Of a DNA stretch of 64,000 bases, positions 42,483-56,558 are shown one piece after another. The notes beneath the pieces are model-generated. The model ran no database searches and was not told the origin of the DNA. It worked only from the letters and a program-made list of their open reading frames with translations. Each line of letters begins with the position of its first letter. Position 1 is the stretch's first letter. The translations under genes were made by a program, and so were the position numbers. Source of the DNA: Octopus sinensis (lineage: Eukaryota); NCBI RefSeq assembly GCF_006345805.1, contig NC_043004.1, positions 38,812,001-38,876,000 of the forward strand. Reading direction: 5' to 3'.

Positions 42483-42954
42483 TATATGCGTGTGTATGCA
42501 TGTGTGTATTTTTGTTATTCAGTGAATGGAAAGATCGTATGTTTTGTTTTACGTATGCCTTCTTATACATATAGTTGCATGTCACGGCATGCGCATATGT
42601 ACTTAAATGATAAAATTCTGGAAAATTTTACAGATTTTAACAGGTCCTGTTTGACTGTGAGAAGCTTAATTTCTCAAGATTGGCATTTAGGCTGTCTGTT
42701 ACATATACCATTTCCCCAATATTTACAATTATAATCATGAACTTCTAAGCAGGATAGAGTAACTGTAGATCTTTCAATAGTTCATCGAAGGTATTTTCTT
42801 TCTCGATGATCTATAGCTTTATGTTAAAATCCGCTGCACAGCTGGCTTCTATAACTGTACACAGTTTCCTTTCGCTGTCCTAAATCTCTGTTTCAGATCT
42901 AGTATTCTTTTCTTTTTTTCAGCCATTTCGCTGTCACCATGCTGAAGTATCGCT

Positions 42955-43104
42955 TTTAGTCTAAAGAAATGGAGCCCAGGCCTTATTGTTTGTAAGCCTG
43001 GTACTGATTCTATTGATTTCTTTTGCCGAACCGCTAAGTTTCGAGCACATAAAGCGACAAACGTCAGTTGTCAAGCGATGGTGTGAGGACAAGCACAAAC
43101 ACGT

Positions 43105-43148
<44 letters not shown>

Positions 43149-43165
43149 CACACACACACACACGT

Positions 43166-43226
<61 letters not shown>

Positions 43227-43378
43227 CACGCATACACACATATACGACGAGCATCTTTCAATTAGATCCACTCTCATGGCTTTGGTCGGACCCAAGCTAT
43301 AGTAGAAGACACGCCGTGGGTGTCAACTCAGAACCATGTGGTTGGGAAGAGAGTTTCTTACCGCACAGCCACGCTTAT
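42955..43378 (-). mobile_element. SINE family A, degenerate, with expanded internal (CA)n
   Basis: Reverse complement of the family A head and body (ttttgccgaaccgctaag; ctttggtcgg..ctatagtagaagacac). Confidence 0.75.
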
Positions 43379-43863
43379 ATTTTATTGAGGTTTATGTATT
43401 TGAGTGTGTATGTATGTATGTATGTATGTATGTATATGTGTGTTCTTGTATGTATGTTTGTATGTGTGTTTGTAAATATGCATGCATCCATGAATGTACG
43501 TATGTGTGTACGTATGAATTTATGTATGTATATATATGTATGGATGGATGGATGCATGCATGTATGTATGCATACGAGAGCGCTGACAAGCGAATGAATG
43601 AGTCACTCAACGCATTTAGTAGCAGTTTCATATATTAATGCTTAAACCAGTTTGCCCTCGCTCCATGCACCCCATCGGGAATATCGATATCTACCACTTC
43701 CGCTTATTCGAGGTGAGTTGGCTTACCAAGTCTGGGACCTTCGATGTCCTTTAACACTCAACGTCTAGTAGGGAGATAGGCGTATAAATAAAACACATAC
43801 AATATTAGTGTACGAACGATAATTTTTATAAATATATACATATATATTTATATAAATATATAT

Positions 43864-43931
<68 letters not shown>

Positions 43932-43944
43932 ATATATATATATA

Positions 43945-44061
43945 TTATAGAAGGAGCTTCTACAGGACTAGAACTGTTTCATTCAGATGAAATCTTCAGG
44001 AAGCTTCCTGAAGATTTCATCTGAATGAACAGTTCTAGTCCTCTAGAAGCTCCTTCTATAA
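43945..44061. repeat. Near-perfect loop-less palindrome (arms of 59 and 58 bp, centre aagctt)
   Basis: ttatagaaggagcttctacaggactagaactgtttcattcagatgaaatcttcaggaag | cttcctgaagatttcatctgaatga-acagttctagtcctctagaagctccttctataa. One indel and one mismatch. Confidence 0.95.
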
Positions 44062-44140
44062 AATAAATTACTTTACTCTGCTATGTATTGAGTACCTTAT
44101 TTACTGTGGTTAACCCCGACTCAACCCGGGACCTACATAT

Positions 44141-44169
<29 letters not shown>

Positions 44170-44177
<8 letters not shown>

Positions 44178-44356
44178 TGATAGAAATTATTAGACAACAA
44201 AAGAATGAAAGAGACCTCAATATTATGTAAATAGAGAAATTTATCTGTAAATGTAATGAGTGACAATTATTCGGTAGCCATGATAAAACTCCGAGTTTCG
44301 GATGTCGGGGTGGCAATCCACGCCGCTTTCTCTTCAGTTATCCGGCTAACTGAAGA
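44170..44356 (-). mobile_element. (TA)n-associated short repeat containing a hammerhead motif; second copy at 61013-61170
   Basis: Shared acaacaaaagaatgaaagagacctc.atattatgtaaatagag..atttatctgtaaat...ataattattcggtag.catgataaaa block, abutting (TA)n in both copies. Confidence 0.8.
44282..44342 (-). ncRNA. Type I hammerhead ribozyme motif with intact catalytic core
   Basis: Minus strand: gataa-CTGAAGA-g...gtgg(attg)ccac...c-GAAA-ctcggag-T-T-ttatc. 5-bp stem I, 3-bp stem III, GUU triplet; base of stem II has mismatches. Confidence 0.6.
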
Positions 44357-44654
44357 TTGTTACATATTATATTTACAGATATATATATACATATATATAT
44401 ATATATGTGTGTGTGTCTGTGTGTATATATATATATATGCACACATATGTATTTATATATACAACTATATATATATATATAGTGTTGTGTCTGGGGCATT
44501 CTCTTTTAGTACCTTATAATTTTACACACTCACCAGTAAAATTTCCGCTCATTTATTTTTCTGAAATTTTCATTGCGTTTTGCAAACATTTCAGTCGTTG
44601 TTGACTCTGTCCGTTATCCAATCTGCGTTCATTTTATTTGTTTGTGCGCATACA

Positions 44655-44850
44655 CATGTATGTATGTATGTATGTATGTATGTATGTATGTATGTATGTA
44701 TGTATGTGTATGTATGTATGTATGCATGCATGCATGCATGTATGTATGTATGTATGTATGTATGTATGTATGTATGTATGTATGTATGCATGCATGTATG
44801 TATGTATGTATGCATGCATGCATGTATGTATCCATGTATGTATGTATGTG
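44655..44850. repeat. (TATG)n/(CATG)n microsatellite
   Basis: Directly visible. Confidence 0.97.
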
Positions 44851-45652
44851 TGTACGTTTACATGTATGTATTCTGTATATTTATGTTTGTGTGTTTGCGT
44901 GTTCGTGTTTGTGTATTTTTATGTGTGTCTGTCTTCATGTGTGTTTGTGTGTGTGTCTCCATGTGTCCTTGTGGGAAGTAAAGTCTGTGTGTATATTGTC
45001 ATATGTTTCAGTCTTCATATGCGTATGTGTGTGTGTGTATGTGTGCTTGTCTCTTCATATTACCTATGTACCTATCCGTCAGTATGTCTATCTGTTTACT
45101 TTCATATCAATTTGCCTACATACATGTGTATATACATATACACATACACACACACAGACATACATATATGTATCTACATAACAACCCACTTACTATTCTA
45201 CCTGTATATAAATATAAACTGTAGGTATAGGAGCATGCTTATCTACTAAGTATATTTCTTATTCTGTAAGATTTAGTATGATTACCTACTACATATATTT
45301 CCTATCCAAGCACCCAAATGACCCAACCCTCAGACAAATACAGGAGTGCGTCCTCATTTGTGAAACATCCCCAGTAGCAAATAAAAAAGTTTGCAAGACG
45401 CACGAAAATTTTTGAAAAATGAATATGTAAATGAATGGAAATTTTACCGGTGAGTGTTAGATTATAATGCACTAAAAGAGAATATATATAATGATAAATC
45501 TCAGAGCGAGTTATACAATACTGATTGCAAATACTGATAGGGCACAGAAAGTGTGTCTATAGCCAGCTGGAGGAGGTGTCCTCCTGGGGCTACAAACTAG
45601 AGTACCATCCACCCTTAGGGGTTAGCCATATTCAAATGGCAAATATACGTCA

Positions 45653-45702
<50 letters not shown>

Positions 45703-45959
45703 GACCTCGAACCCACAAGAGTAAACAAGAGAGACAGAGAAAGGCAGAAACAAGGAAAATGGCACTATATTTGAACACTATACAAATATTCTTTTAAAAA
45801 ACTTTTCTTTTAATTTTTCTAAATTTAATTATTTAATTGTTACAGTTGAAAAGGTGTCAATGAAAAAAAATGGTACTGAAATGTTTTTTATAAAATTATT
45901 TAGCATTTTCTACCCTGACTTGTTTTTTCATATATATATATATAATATATATATATATA

Positions 45960-46013
<54 letters not shown>

Positions 46014-46369
46014 TGTGTGTGTGTGCGTGTGTGTGTGTGTTCAATCTTACGTTATAAATTTACAAGGAAGTAGCGGCTGGTCCTCTTACTGTTCAGCACA
46101 ATGTCAACCCTTATTAATCAGATATATAAAACATGCCCCACTGGATTTACCCTGCTTTTCAACTAGTGTTATGTTATTGGGTGTTACTTTTCTTTACAAA
46201 GCGGTAGACACGGTAGCGTTGTTGTTCTCACCACCCTTTTTCTTTCTTTCTTTGCTTTTTCAAGAAGAAAGACCGCATAGTCTCTTTATTACGCAGTGAC
46301 TCCATGAAAAATATATCTATTATAAGTATATACCTCCAACTGCATATTTTTTTTTTCATACTATAGGCA

Positions 46370-46548
46370 CAAAGCATGGAGTTTGTGGAGAGCGGGTAGT
46401 CGATAACATCAACTGGCACGTATTTTATCGACCTCGAAAGGATGAAAGGCAAAGTCGAACTTAGCGGAATTTGAACTCAGAACGTTTCGACAGACGAAAT
46501 AACGCTAAGCATTTCGCCCGGCATAGATGCTGCCAGCTCGCCGCCTTC
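46370..46548 (-). mobile_element. SINE family D
   Basis: gtcgataacatc...ttttatcgacctcgaaaggatgaaaggcaaagtcg...ctgccagctcgccgcc. Confidence 0.85.
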
Positions 46549-47787
46549 CTCTAACAACATAATGATGCAGCTAATTATATAACTACATTATATTCATCGT
46601 ACTTTATGTGGTTACAATAAAGCAGTGTGAGGTATGTATTATATTTTATATTTTACATATTTTAATTTTTTTTTTATTTAGTTCTTTGAGTCTTCAAATG
46701 GCTTTGAATCGGCAGACTACTTAGAGCCTCAGAGTGCTCTGTGATATTTGTTTCGGTTGACTGCACCGAGACCAACATTTCTTTCATTATTTCATGGTCA
46801 ATAAAGTAAAATTCAAGTGCAAAGGCAGACTGCGCCTCGTTTTGTCATTCTCTCTCTTTCTCTGTCTCTCCCTCGCTCTCTGTCCCATATATACACTCAT
46901 GGACACATGTACAAATACCTCAGTACCATCAACTCTTCCACAACCATTCTGCAAACACGATAAAAATGAAAGATGTCGTTGAAGCATATGACGTACGACT
47001 CATATTCAGCATGTAAACTCTATTGCTGCCGGGTAACACAAAATAACTGGAAACAGCCTAAATACCAATAGAGTAGAATGAGTGTGACAAACTACAAATA
47101 CATGACATACCACACTAAGAAACCAGGCTTATTAAATTATCGATCAATAGGACAGCTACAATGAATAAAGAAAGGACAAACAAATGAATAACAGATCATA
47201 ATTAAATACAACATACAGAGAAAGACCTCAGTCTGAACGCATCTGCATGCGATCAATAACACGTCTACTGGTCCCCAAACCTTAGAAATAAAAGAAAAAA
47301 GATCAGTCATTTATCACAATTCACTAAACCAAAAATAACCATTAAAATGTTTTATAGCTGGAATGAATAAGCTTCTTTGTGAAGTCATCACGGTACATTT
47401 CGAAAGAAAACATAATCAATAATTAGCTATTAGCTGGTGAGAAGCAAGAAAATATCGGGCCAGTATATTAGGGATGTCTATAAAGTGACTAAAAATCATG
47501 ATATTTAAATTCTAAAATATCCTGAAATGATATTAATAATATGTGAAAAGAAAATAATAGAACTTATTCATAGAATACAGAAATAGACCGAAAAGAAGCA
47601 TGGATTCTTAAATGATTTTAACAATATACCATTTCTGAAAATTCCGCTATGATTCATATTCACATTAAACAGAATGCATATTTATTATGCACTCTTTCTC
47701 CCTGTAAATTGTCTGTCTACCTGTTTCGCCTACATATTTATCTACCTATCTACGCCTGTCTCACAGTATATATATATATATATATAT

Positions 47788-48074
47788 CACGTGATCACGT
47801 GACCTACCAGACCATCAGATGTAGTTACACATCACTGGTCACAATGCGTTCGCATTGTTTTAGCCTTCGAATGACGCCACCCCTCTGGCTAAGCGAGCAC
47901 TCCGACAGAAGAAAGAGTGGGAGAAAGAGTGGTGAAAGAGTACAGCAGGGTTCCCCCCCCTGCCGGAGCCTCGTGGAGCTTTTAGGTGTTTTCGCTCAAT
48001 AAACACTCACAACGCCCGGTCTGGGAATCGAAACCGCGATCCTGCTGTCCTAAACACTAGGCCATTGCGCCTCC

Positions 48075-48075
<1 letters not shown>
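47788..48075 (-). mobile_element. tRNA-derived SINE (family B)
   Basis: Reverse complement of the family B head and body; ends in cacgtgatcacgtg. Confidence 0.85.
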
Positions 48076-48153
<78 letters not shown>

Positions 48154-48246
48154 TGTGTATGTATGCATATATATGTATATATATACATATAAATATATAT
48201 ACATATATATACATATATATAAATATAAATATATAACACACACGCG

Positions 48247-48331
<85 letters not shown>

Positions 48332-48624
48332 ATGTACTGATCCGTAATAGAATATTCAACAAAAGAAGTAGTCCATCTGCTGAGAGATAAACATTAATAT
48401 TTAAAGGTCACAATACATGTATTAAAGCGCTACTAATGGTTTTATATATTGAGAAAATTCAAACTTATTCAGACATAAAAACCACATAAGGTAATGAACT
48501 AAAAATTAAATACGCATATATATATATATATACACACACACCTATATATGTGTGTGTGTGTGTGTGTGTGCAGAGAGAGAGAGAGACCGTGTGTTTGTGT
48601 GTGGGAGGATGGAGAGAGATATGT

Positions 48625-48627
48625 GCG

Positions 48628-48710
<83 letters not shown>

Positions 48711-48736
48711 TAATCTATCTATCTATCCATTTACCA

Positions 48737-48771
<35 letters not shown>

Positions 48772-48772
48772 G
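48625..48772. repeat. (TATC)n microsatellite
   Basis: Directly visible. Confidence 0.97.
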
Positions 48773-48831
48773 ATATACATTAAGACTCCAAATAGTATAT
48801 ATACCAGTTTTAATGTGTGTGTGTATATCTG

Positions 48832-48875
<44 letters not shown>

Positions 48876-48980
48876 CGCACACACGCACACATATATCTAT
48901 CTGTACATATACATACATATGTAGATTTATAAATTGGCCTATATTTGCATATGTTTACACCAGTATATGTTTATCTTCTC

Positions 48981-49351
48981 TCTATATATAAACGGCAGTT
49001 TGTCTGTGCGTGTTTCTGTGTGTCTGTTCTTGTATACCCTCACCCTGACCACGGCTTTCAACCGATTCTGATGAAACTTGACACACACATAGCCCAATGT
49101 CATAATTCAAAACTAACGCACCGAAAATTTTGAAAAGTTCCCCCAGTTCTGAAAAAAACGATAAATTCGACATGGGGTCGAGAATCAGAAACACAAACCG
49201 CAAACTGTCTAGGGGACGCAACTCCACCTTTTTTAACTAAAAAAAATTTCCATCATTTTTTCCCTTTTTTTGCTATTTTTTGGCTATAACTCTCTAAAAA
49301 TGCTTTATAGTTATTTCGCCAAACCTGAGAAACGCCTGGCGATACTGCTAG
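48981..49351 (+). mobile_element. Non-autonomous Helitron, same family 3' end as 15738-16138
   Basis: 5' TCTATATATAAA; 3' ttttttggctataactctctaaaaatgct...cctgagaaacgcctggcgatactgCTAG|T. Confidence 0.85.
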
Positions 49352-50028
49352 TCTATCTATATATTAATAAGTATATATACGTATGTATTTGTGTGCGTGT
49401 CTGTATGTGTATGTACTTGCGTGTGTACGCATGTGTACGCGCGCGCGTGTGTGTGTATTGTGCTGCTGACGGCGATTACTCCGTACATGACGAGAATAAT
49501 ACAATTATTCCATGTTGTTATACGAATTTACAAATTACAGTTGACAGTTTTCGGTGTGCAAAGTTAAAAAAATAAGAAGAAAAAAGTATGAACAAAATGT
49601 GTAAAACCCGTTTCACTTTCGTGTTTATGAAGAAAGTGTCTTTCTTAAAAGAGATTTGTGACAGTTATTTCACTTAAACTGTAATTGGTTAATATTTGTG
49701 TGGTTTATGGTTGTTTAGTTATATAAAACATATGACACTGCTTATTATTGTCAGAAGCGGACAGCATTGTTCATATTCATCAAGAGACTCTTCGGATAAT
49801 ATTGGAGTGGAAGGATATGATCGATAGTTGCAGCTGTTATTTTTGATATTGAATACTTTTGAGATTAACTTTAAGTGAGAATCTTAGCGATACATCATTT
49901 TCAAAACTGTAGAAGGTATCACTGTTCGCAACGTCTGACTAATATATCGTGTTGTTTAATCACATTTCAAATTTGATCGATTAGATGTGTGATCAAACAC
50001 ATTCCAATCATATCTGTGTCATCCAAGA

Positions 50029-50557
50029 TCTTAAGGTCATCCGTGTCAACATCATTTAATATATCCCTTTTTTTTTTTTACTTTCCACGCTGTGAATTGA
50101 GTGAAAGATTTTGCTGTTATTTTTTGCAGTTGAGTAATGAAGGGAATGATTCTCTCTTTGAATTGAATCAGTGATTCTGGTTAGGGGCGTTTGATTCAGC
50201 ATTAACGATAGGAGTGATGACAGCGTGAATGGTAGCTGACGCGGGTTCGTTGGAATGTAAAAAATAAATCAGGATCTCACATATTAAAGCAGCTTGTCAG
50301 GATTTGGATAAAAACTATTTTTTGCGAATACTTTACTAGAAAACATGATGGAAACATCAAATCTACAAATGCAATATTTCCCTGGAAAGAAAATAAGAAT
50401 CAACCAGAATAATTTCAATCGGGTGTTGGGGTTTCGTGTATGTCTTTTTAATTGTCCAGGGAGGCATTGCATATAAAATTAATATTACTCAATTCATAGC
50501 GTGGAAAATAAAAAAAAAGGGATATATTAAATGATGTTGACACGGATGACCTGAAGA
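50029..50557. mobile_element. MITE/foldback element with about 72-bp terminal inverted repeats
   Basis: 50029-50102 tcttaaggtcatccgtgtcaacatcatttaatatatccc(T)nactttccacgctgtgaattgagt is the reverse complement of 50487-50557, with few mismatches. Confidence 0.8.
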
Positions 50558-51521
50558 ATTAAGTAAACTGAATAGATTGATTGGTATATATACTATTTAG
50601 AGTCTTAATGTTTCTTTATAACACATCAAACGCAGTAAATTTTGCGGTTCGTAGTCTCTTTTGATGATAAGCTTTACCAGATGACTAATTCTAAACGGTA
50701 ACATATTAACCATTGGTTATGAGAAATATGTGATTTTGAGTGAAGATGTGCAATTATACTGAAACACAAGTGTATCAGAGTTCAGTAAAATCGCAGTGAT
50801 GCATGAATCGTCAAAACACCTCGCCTAAAGGGAAAGGTTGTTCTCAGAAAACGGACTCCAACAGCAAATAGCATATTCGCGCTCAACGTTGGCAAAACGT
50901 GTTAAGTTACACATACATAATTTCATTCTCGGTATTCGTGTGCTCGTAAAATATGAATATGAACCATATAATTCAGAATGAGGAACGATTAGATTAGCAC
51001 ACAAAATTCCCTCAGTTGCTCGTAATAATAAACAACTATGTCTGAGAGAAAATCTTATCTAAATACACCCCAAAATTTCCTATACACAAATAGTATTATG
51101 GAATACATTCTCATTACATATATTTCTATATCAATATTTATCTATCAACAAAGATAGCTATCAAACTATGATAGAAATAATTTGATTTGAAACTAAAGAA
51201 TTACTGACTGCTTCTTTTAGTATACATATCATAAGTTTTTGCGCGGTCCCCAAATTTCGAGAAGGAGATCGATAATTTGATCTCCTTAGAGTTCAAAATA
51301 TTATTTTGTTTTACGTGTGTGATGCTGATTGACATCAGCAGACAGACTTTACGGTATTAGCACATATACCTCAGACCAGGGATTCGAATTTGTTTCGAAC
51401 GTGACTCAAATGAACGGCACAGATGAGCTGAAATAACAGTGAACTATCTATAGCCACCGTTCTCGTTCGTTTACGGGGCGATTCGTTTCACCTGGTTTTG
51501 AGATATTCAGTGTTATTTTAG

Positions 51522-51565
51522 CTCTTGACGCCTTAAAAGGGTTTCTCCAAGAAGAAATTCCACAG
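51522..51565 (+). CDS. Putative coding exon (44 nt, phase 1-0); xLDALKGFLQEEIPQ
   Basis: Acceptor tgttattttag, strong donor CAG/gtaaga, open protein-like frame. Confidence 0.6.
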
Positions 51566-52109
51566 GTAAGAATGTGGTGTCAATGAACTTTGCGGAATTA
51601 GAGCTGCTTCTAATTCAAAATTTGATTTACTATATCTGTGTGTATACATATCATCTACCACACGTGACAGATTCAATTCAGATAGCCTTGACTGTCAGGG
51701 ACTGTTACCAAGCACGTTCACTCAACCGTGACAGCTTTGACTTACGGTGGGATATATTGTCACGTGACATTAAAGAACGGATGTATCAGGGAACTTACAA
51801 AAATTTATAAGCTTGATCCTGTGATCGTCCTCGGCCAATCAAATAGTATCCAAAATATTTTAACTAATTTCAGCCATGTCCTCTATATAAAAACAAGAGA
51901 ATTTTTGATTTCCAGTCAGTAGCAAGGCAGTTACGTCATAGATACACGTCTCTCTATCTCAACATTTGAAAATCAGAAATATGTGAAGCTGGTTCAGTCT
52001 TTAAAAAATTTTAAATAAAAAAATCTAAGCGAATCCCATTTCATTTTCAAGCTCTTTTTTCTGTATTTCTATGTGCAATGGAATGACTATTTTATAGGTA
52101 GGTTGTTGG

Positions 52110-52141
52110 ATAAATAGATAGATAAATAGATAGATAGACAA

Positions 52142-52209
<68 letters not shown>

Positions 52210-52226
52210 ATAAATAGATAGACAGA
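52110..52226. repeat. (TAGA)n microsatellite
   Basis: Directly visible. Confidence 0.97.
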
Positions 52227-53034
52227 TAGGCGTACGCACATATGTACGTACGTATGTACATTTATATGCTTGTGTAGCGTTGTGTGTCTTTATATGCATG
52301 TATGTTTGTGAGAGTGAGACAGTAGAAGAGAGAGCGTTGTAGAAATTAAACACATTGACAAACCGACGGAAAGACGTAGAATGGTGAAGCTATATCTATT
52401 GAATTTGCTTTAACCAGGTAATTGATATAACTTTCCTTTTAATGGACGGCAGTATGTTTCAATATATTCTAATCCCAGATACTGCGTACTATTCGAAATA
52501 TATAGCAGATGTTACTTCTAGACCGAGAAATATTAATATTAAGACGACGGAAATGAAGCGCAGGAATATTCTTATAAGGATGGTTAAGATTTCTATTCTA
52601 CAATTACGCTGTCCAGTACTCATGCCAGCAATATTCAGCTGTTAAAATCACCTTCTATTCAGTTCAGATTCATACGAATGGTACAAGAGTTTATATATGA
52701 ATACATGGTACACATGCATGGCCGCAGTCAAATGACTGAAACGTGTAAAAGTTTATAAGAGTATAAATGTAATTTTTTGTGTATATATGCATATTTTGAT
52801 AAATATATATGCCTTTCACGTACATTTATACCGTATATATATTGGTATTGGAGTATCTGAGAGCATGTAACATATATTCTACGCTTTCATTCATCTGTGA
52901 ACATTGACAAGTTTTTTTTAGATTAAATTGATCAGACGTAACCATATGCACACCAGCATTTAACTGCAGGCTGAAATATTAGGAGATAGTGAGTACTCTT
53001 TATAGCTCACTGCAAATATATTTTATTAAACATC

Positions 53035-53150
53035 CTATGAGACGAAAGGCAAAATCAAACAAGGCGGAATTTGAATTCAGAACCTGAAGAAGGCGAAATA
53101 TCATAAAGGATTTTGCCCGCCGTCCTAACGATTCTGCCAGCTCGTCGCCT
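53035..53150 (-). mobile_element. SINE family D, partial
   Basis: gaaaggcaaaatc...ggcggaatttgaattcagaac...ctgccagctcgtcgcc. Confidence 0.7.
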
Positions 53151-53417
53151 GAAACAATTTTCAGAAGACATTGTTTTAAAAATTAGCCAATTTGCTGATT
53201 GCATCAATACCAGCTAATCTGAAGAAATATCTGGGTACTTTAGGGATACCCTAAAATATTAATTTATTGCAAAATCGGCTTTAATTCGAACTGCATAAAG
53301 TACTGTTTATCTGAGATTCTTGTAGTGACTGTACAAACACCCTGTTCACACAATATCTTTACTCTATAGCCTCACAACATTGGATACTGTGCGACGTCTT
53401 CAGTAAAAATAATAATG

Positions 53418-53467
<50 letters not shown>

Positions 53468-53474
53468 TATCATG

Positions 53475-53960
53475 TACATTGTTTTGTCTTGGTTTAAAAG
53501 ATAGGCTACAGCAAATATTTTGCTCAATACCACAGATTTGCTTGTCAATTGTTTGACCATAACCAGTTGAGCATGTCCCTTAGTGGCTGACGATATGTGC
53601 ATCTCTGATCACGAGCAGAAGTAGTGGGGGAGCATCATAGCCATGTGTTGAGAGGGATTCTTTAGGGTTTGGATAATTCACTTCTGGAAACATGGGTGAT
53701 TCGTTCAACATCCTTAAACAATCCTTATTCAAGGACCTTTTGAGCGGGATGGGTTACTCTACCAGAAGAAAATTCTAACTGGGCCCCACCTGCAAGGTCA
53801 TGTGCTGTTTATCTTGATATGAGATCACTATGTCGCGCACATATGGTTGTGATGCATGTGCCTAGTGTACCCTTATCAGACGGGTAGTCATGATGGGTAT
53901 ACTGGGCTTCATATATTTTACCCCAGTGTCACTTTGATGGCATGCACTGCTCTCTCACTC
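53475..53960 (+). mobile_element. Non-coding interspersed repeat flanked on both sides by (AAT)n; inverted homolog at 59578-59890
   Basis: The segment gtgttgagagg...cgttcaacatccttaaacaa...gcgcacatatggttgtgatgcat...gcactgctctctcac recurs reverse-complemented at 59578-59890. Confidence 0.75.
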
Positions 53961-54566
<606 letters not shown>

Positions 54567-54719
54567 ACCATTATTATACATGGTAAATCGCTCTGTTGCG
54601 ATGGAGAGCAGGCGTTATACGTTGGGAGGGGAGGAACCGCAAACTTTGGACTAGCAAACTAGGAATGAGCAGATAACACACAGTACATCCCTCCTGAAAA
54701 GTGATGTTAACGGGGAAAA

Positions 54720-55085
54720 ACAAAAGGAGAGCAGGGGGTGATAAGTTCTTGTGGATTATAATCGGGTAGAATTTTAAGCAATAGTTCTTGGTATATAAGG
54801 AATGAAGGAAGACAGGTTTATTTCATAGAGAAAGCAATCAGGGTACGATGATATATAAAATAAGACAGAAACAATGAGGAAAATCAAATTGAAGGCTGAG
54901 AAGATTCTTGAAAGAGATGTAGATAGGAACATATATCCAGATAACAGTTGAATGTTGTTCAAGCAGTAACCTTGATATGCGCAGCGCAGAAATATGCGTT
55001 GCGAACAAACTTCACGAAGCTAAGAATTGGCCAATTCTCATAATCTGACAGAAGCAGAATGTGTGGAGATTGAGAGCAACTGTGT
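54720..55085 (+). pseudogene. Second R4/Dong-type fragment (post-RT/CCHC region)
   Basis: LICAAQKYALRTNF.K.RI....SDRSRMCG resembles the conserved AAQEQALRTN...CRxC segment. Confidence 0.6.
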
Positions 55086-55430
55086 CTGTGTGATAGACAA
55101 AAGAAAGGGGGAGAGAGTGGGGGAGAGAAAGAGCGCTAGACTTAGAAGGGGAGTGTAAGAAAACTAAAAGTCGGAAATACGATGGATTTATTGAAAAGAA
55201 CGAGCTTTATTAAATAGAAAACACCGATAAAAGACGGCATACACATACGTACAAAATGTCTTGTACAGTACAGATATCTACACATATATATATATACAAT
55301 GACACTCTCACACACACATACCCACATAATTACAAGCACACATATACATAAACACACTCACACATATATATACACCTATATATATATACATATATATATA
55401 CATATATATATACATGTACGCATGTATATG

Positions 55431-55464
<34 letters not shown>

Positions 55465-55489
55465 CCTATATATACTTATATACATGTAT

Positions 55490-55494
55490 ATATG

Positions 55495-55566
<72 letters not shown>

Positions 55567-55575
55567 TATATATAT
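55490..55575. repeat. (TA)n microsatellite within a compound repeat
   Basis: Directly visible. Confidence 0.95.
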
Positions 55576-56364
55576 TCATACATATACGTATATAAGTTTT
55601 TATGTATGTATGTATGTATGTATGCATGCATGTATATATGCATGTATGAATGTACAGATATACATACGTACGCATGTACGTATTTACGTATGCATGCATG
55701 TATGCATGTTTATATGCATGTATGTGTGTGTGTAACGTATGTGTTTAACATTTACATTATCTCTTATCATATCACTCTTTGATATACAGATTTCGATATC
55801 GTCCATCTTTTTTTCTTTGCAACATATTGCAATTAGATTTGCAACACTGAAACTGGATATTTTTGTTTTCTTTTACTGTATTTGTTTTCACTTTCTTTCT
55901 TTTTCTGTCTGAAAACCATTAACAGAAGAGCTAAAATATTTTGAAGTCGAGAATAATGGATATTTTACTGTGATATCATCATCAACTTTATCGTTATTAA
56001 CATCACGGACATGATCATCACCACTGTTGACTACATTGTCATCACAATCGTCGCCATTTTCCTCTTTTGACAATAAGATGAAAGGGAAATTGTCTCTCCG
56101 AGGGATTTCATCAAATAACTATTTCAGTGGACACACTTAATATCAGTGCAAGCTTTTTCGATGGAGACATTGCATTTCATTACTTTAAGGAATTAACTTG
56201 TTAAATAGCACTCATGTATTGGATTGTAAAATTCCCTTGCATTTTACATATCATTACCAAATGGCAATCGAATATGGTTCGTTACTAAATACCAAACAGG
56301 CGAAGTGTTTGACCAAATAACGACAAATATGACCAACAATATTGACAGAGAATAGGGCGATGAA

Positions 56365-56558
56365 CTGACAGAATTTTTAGGATACCGGACAAAATGCTTA
56401 GCGGCACTTTGTCTGTCTTTACGCTCTCAGTTCAAATTTACCGAGGTCGACTTTGCCTTTCATCCTTTCGAGGTCGATAACATTAAGTTGAGCACTGAAG
56501 TCGATTTAATCTACTTTACCACTTCTCCTAAATTGCTGACCATGTGCCAAAATTTGAA
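56365..56558 (+). mobile_element. SINE family D
   Basis: aaaatgcttagcgg...gttcaaatttaccgaggtcgactttgcctttcatcctttcgaggtcgataa. Confidence 0.85.

Noticed and set aside
50296-50440. Exon-like open frames (IWIKTIFCEYFTRKHDG..., MMETSNLQMQYFPGKK...)
   Set aside because: They lie inside the 50029-50557 MITE spacer and are likely chance frames.
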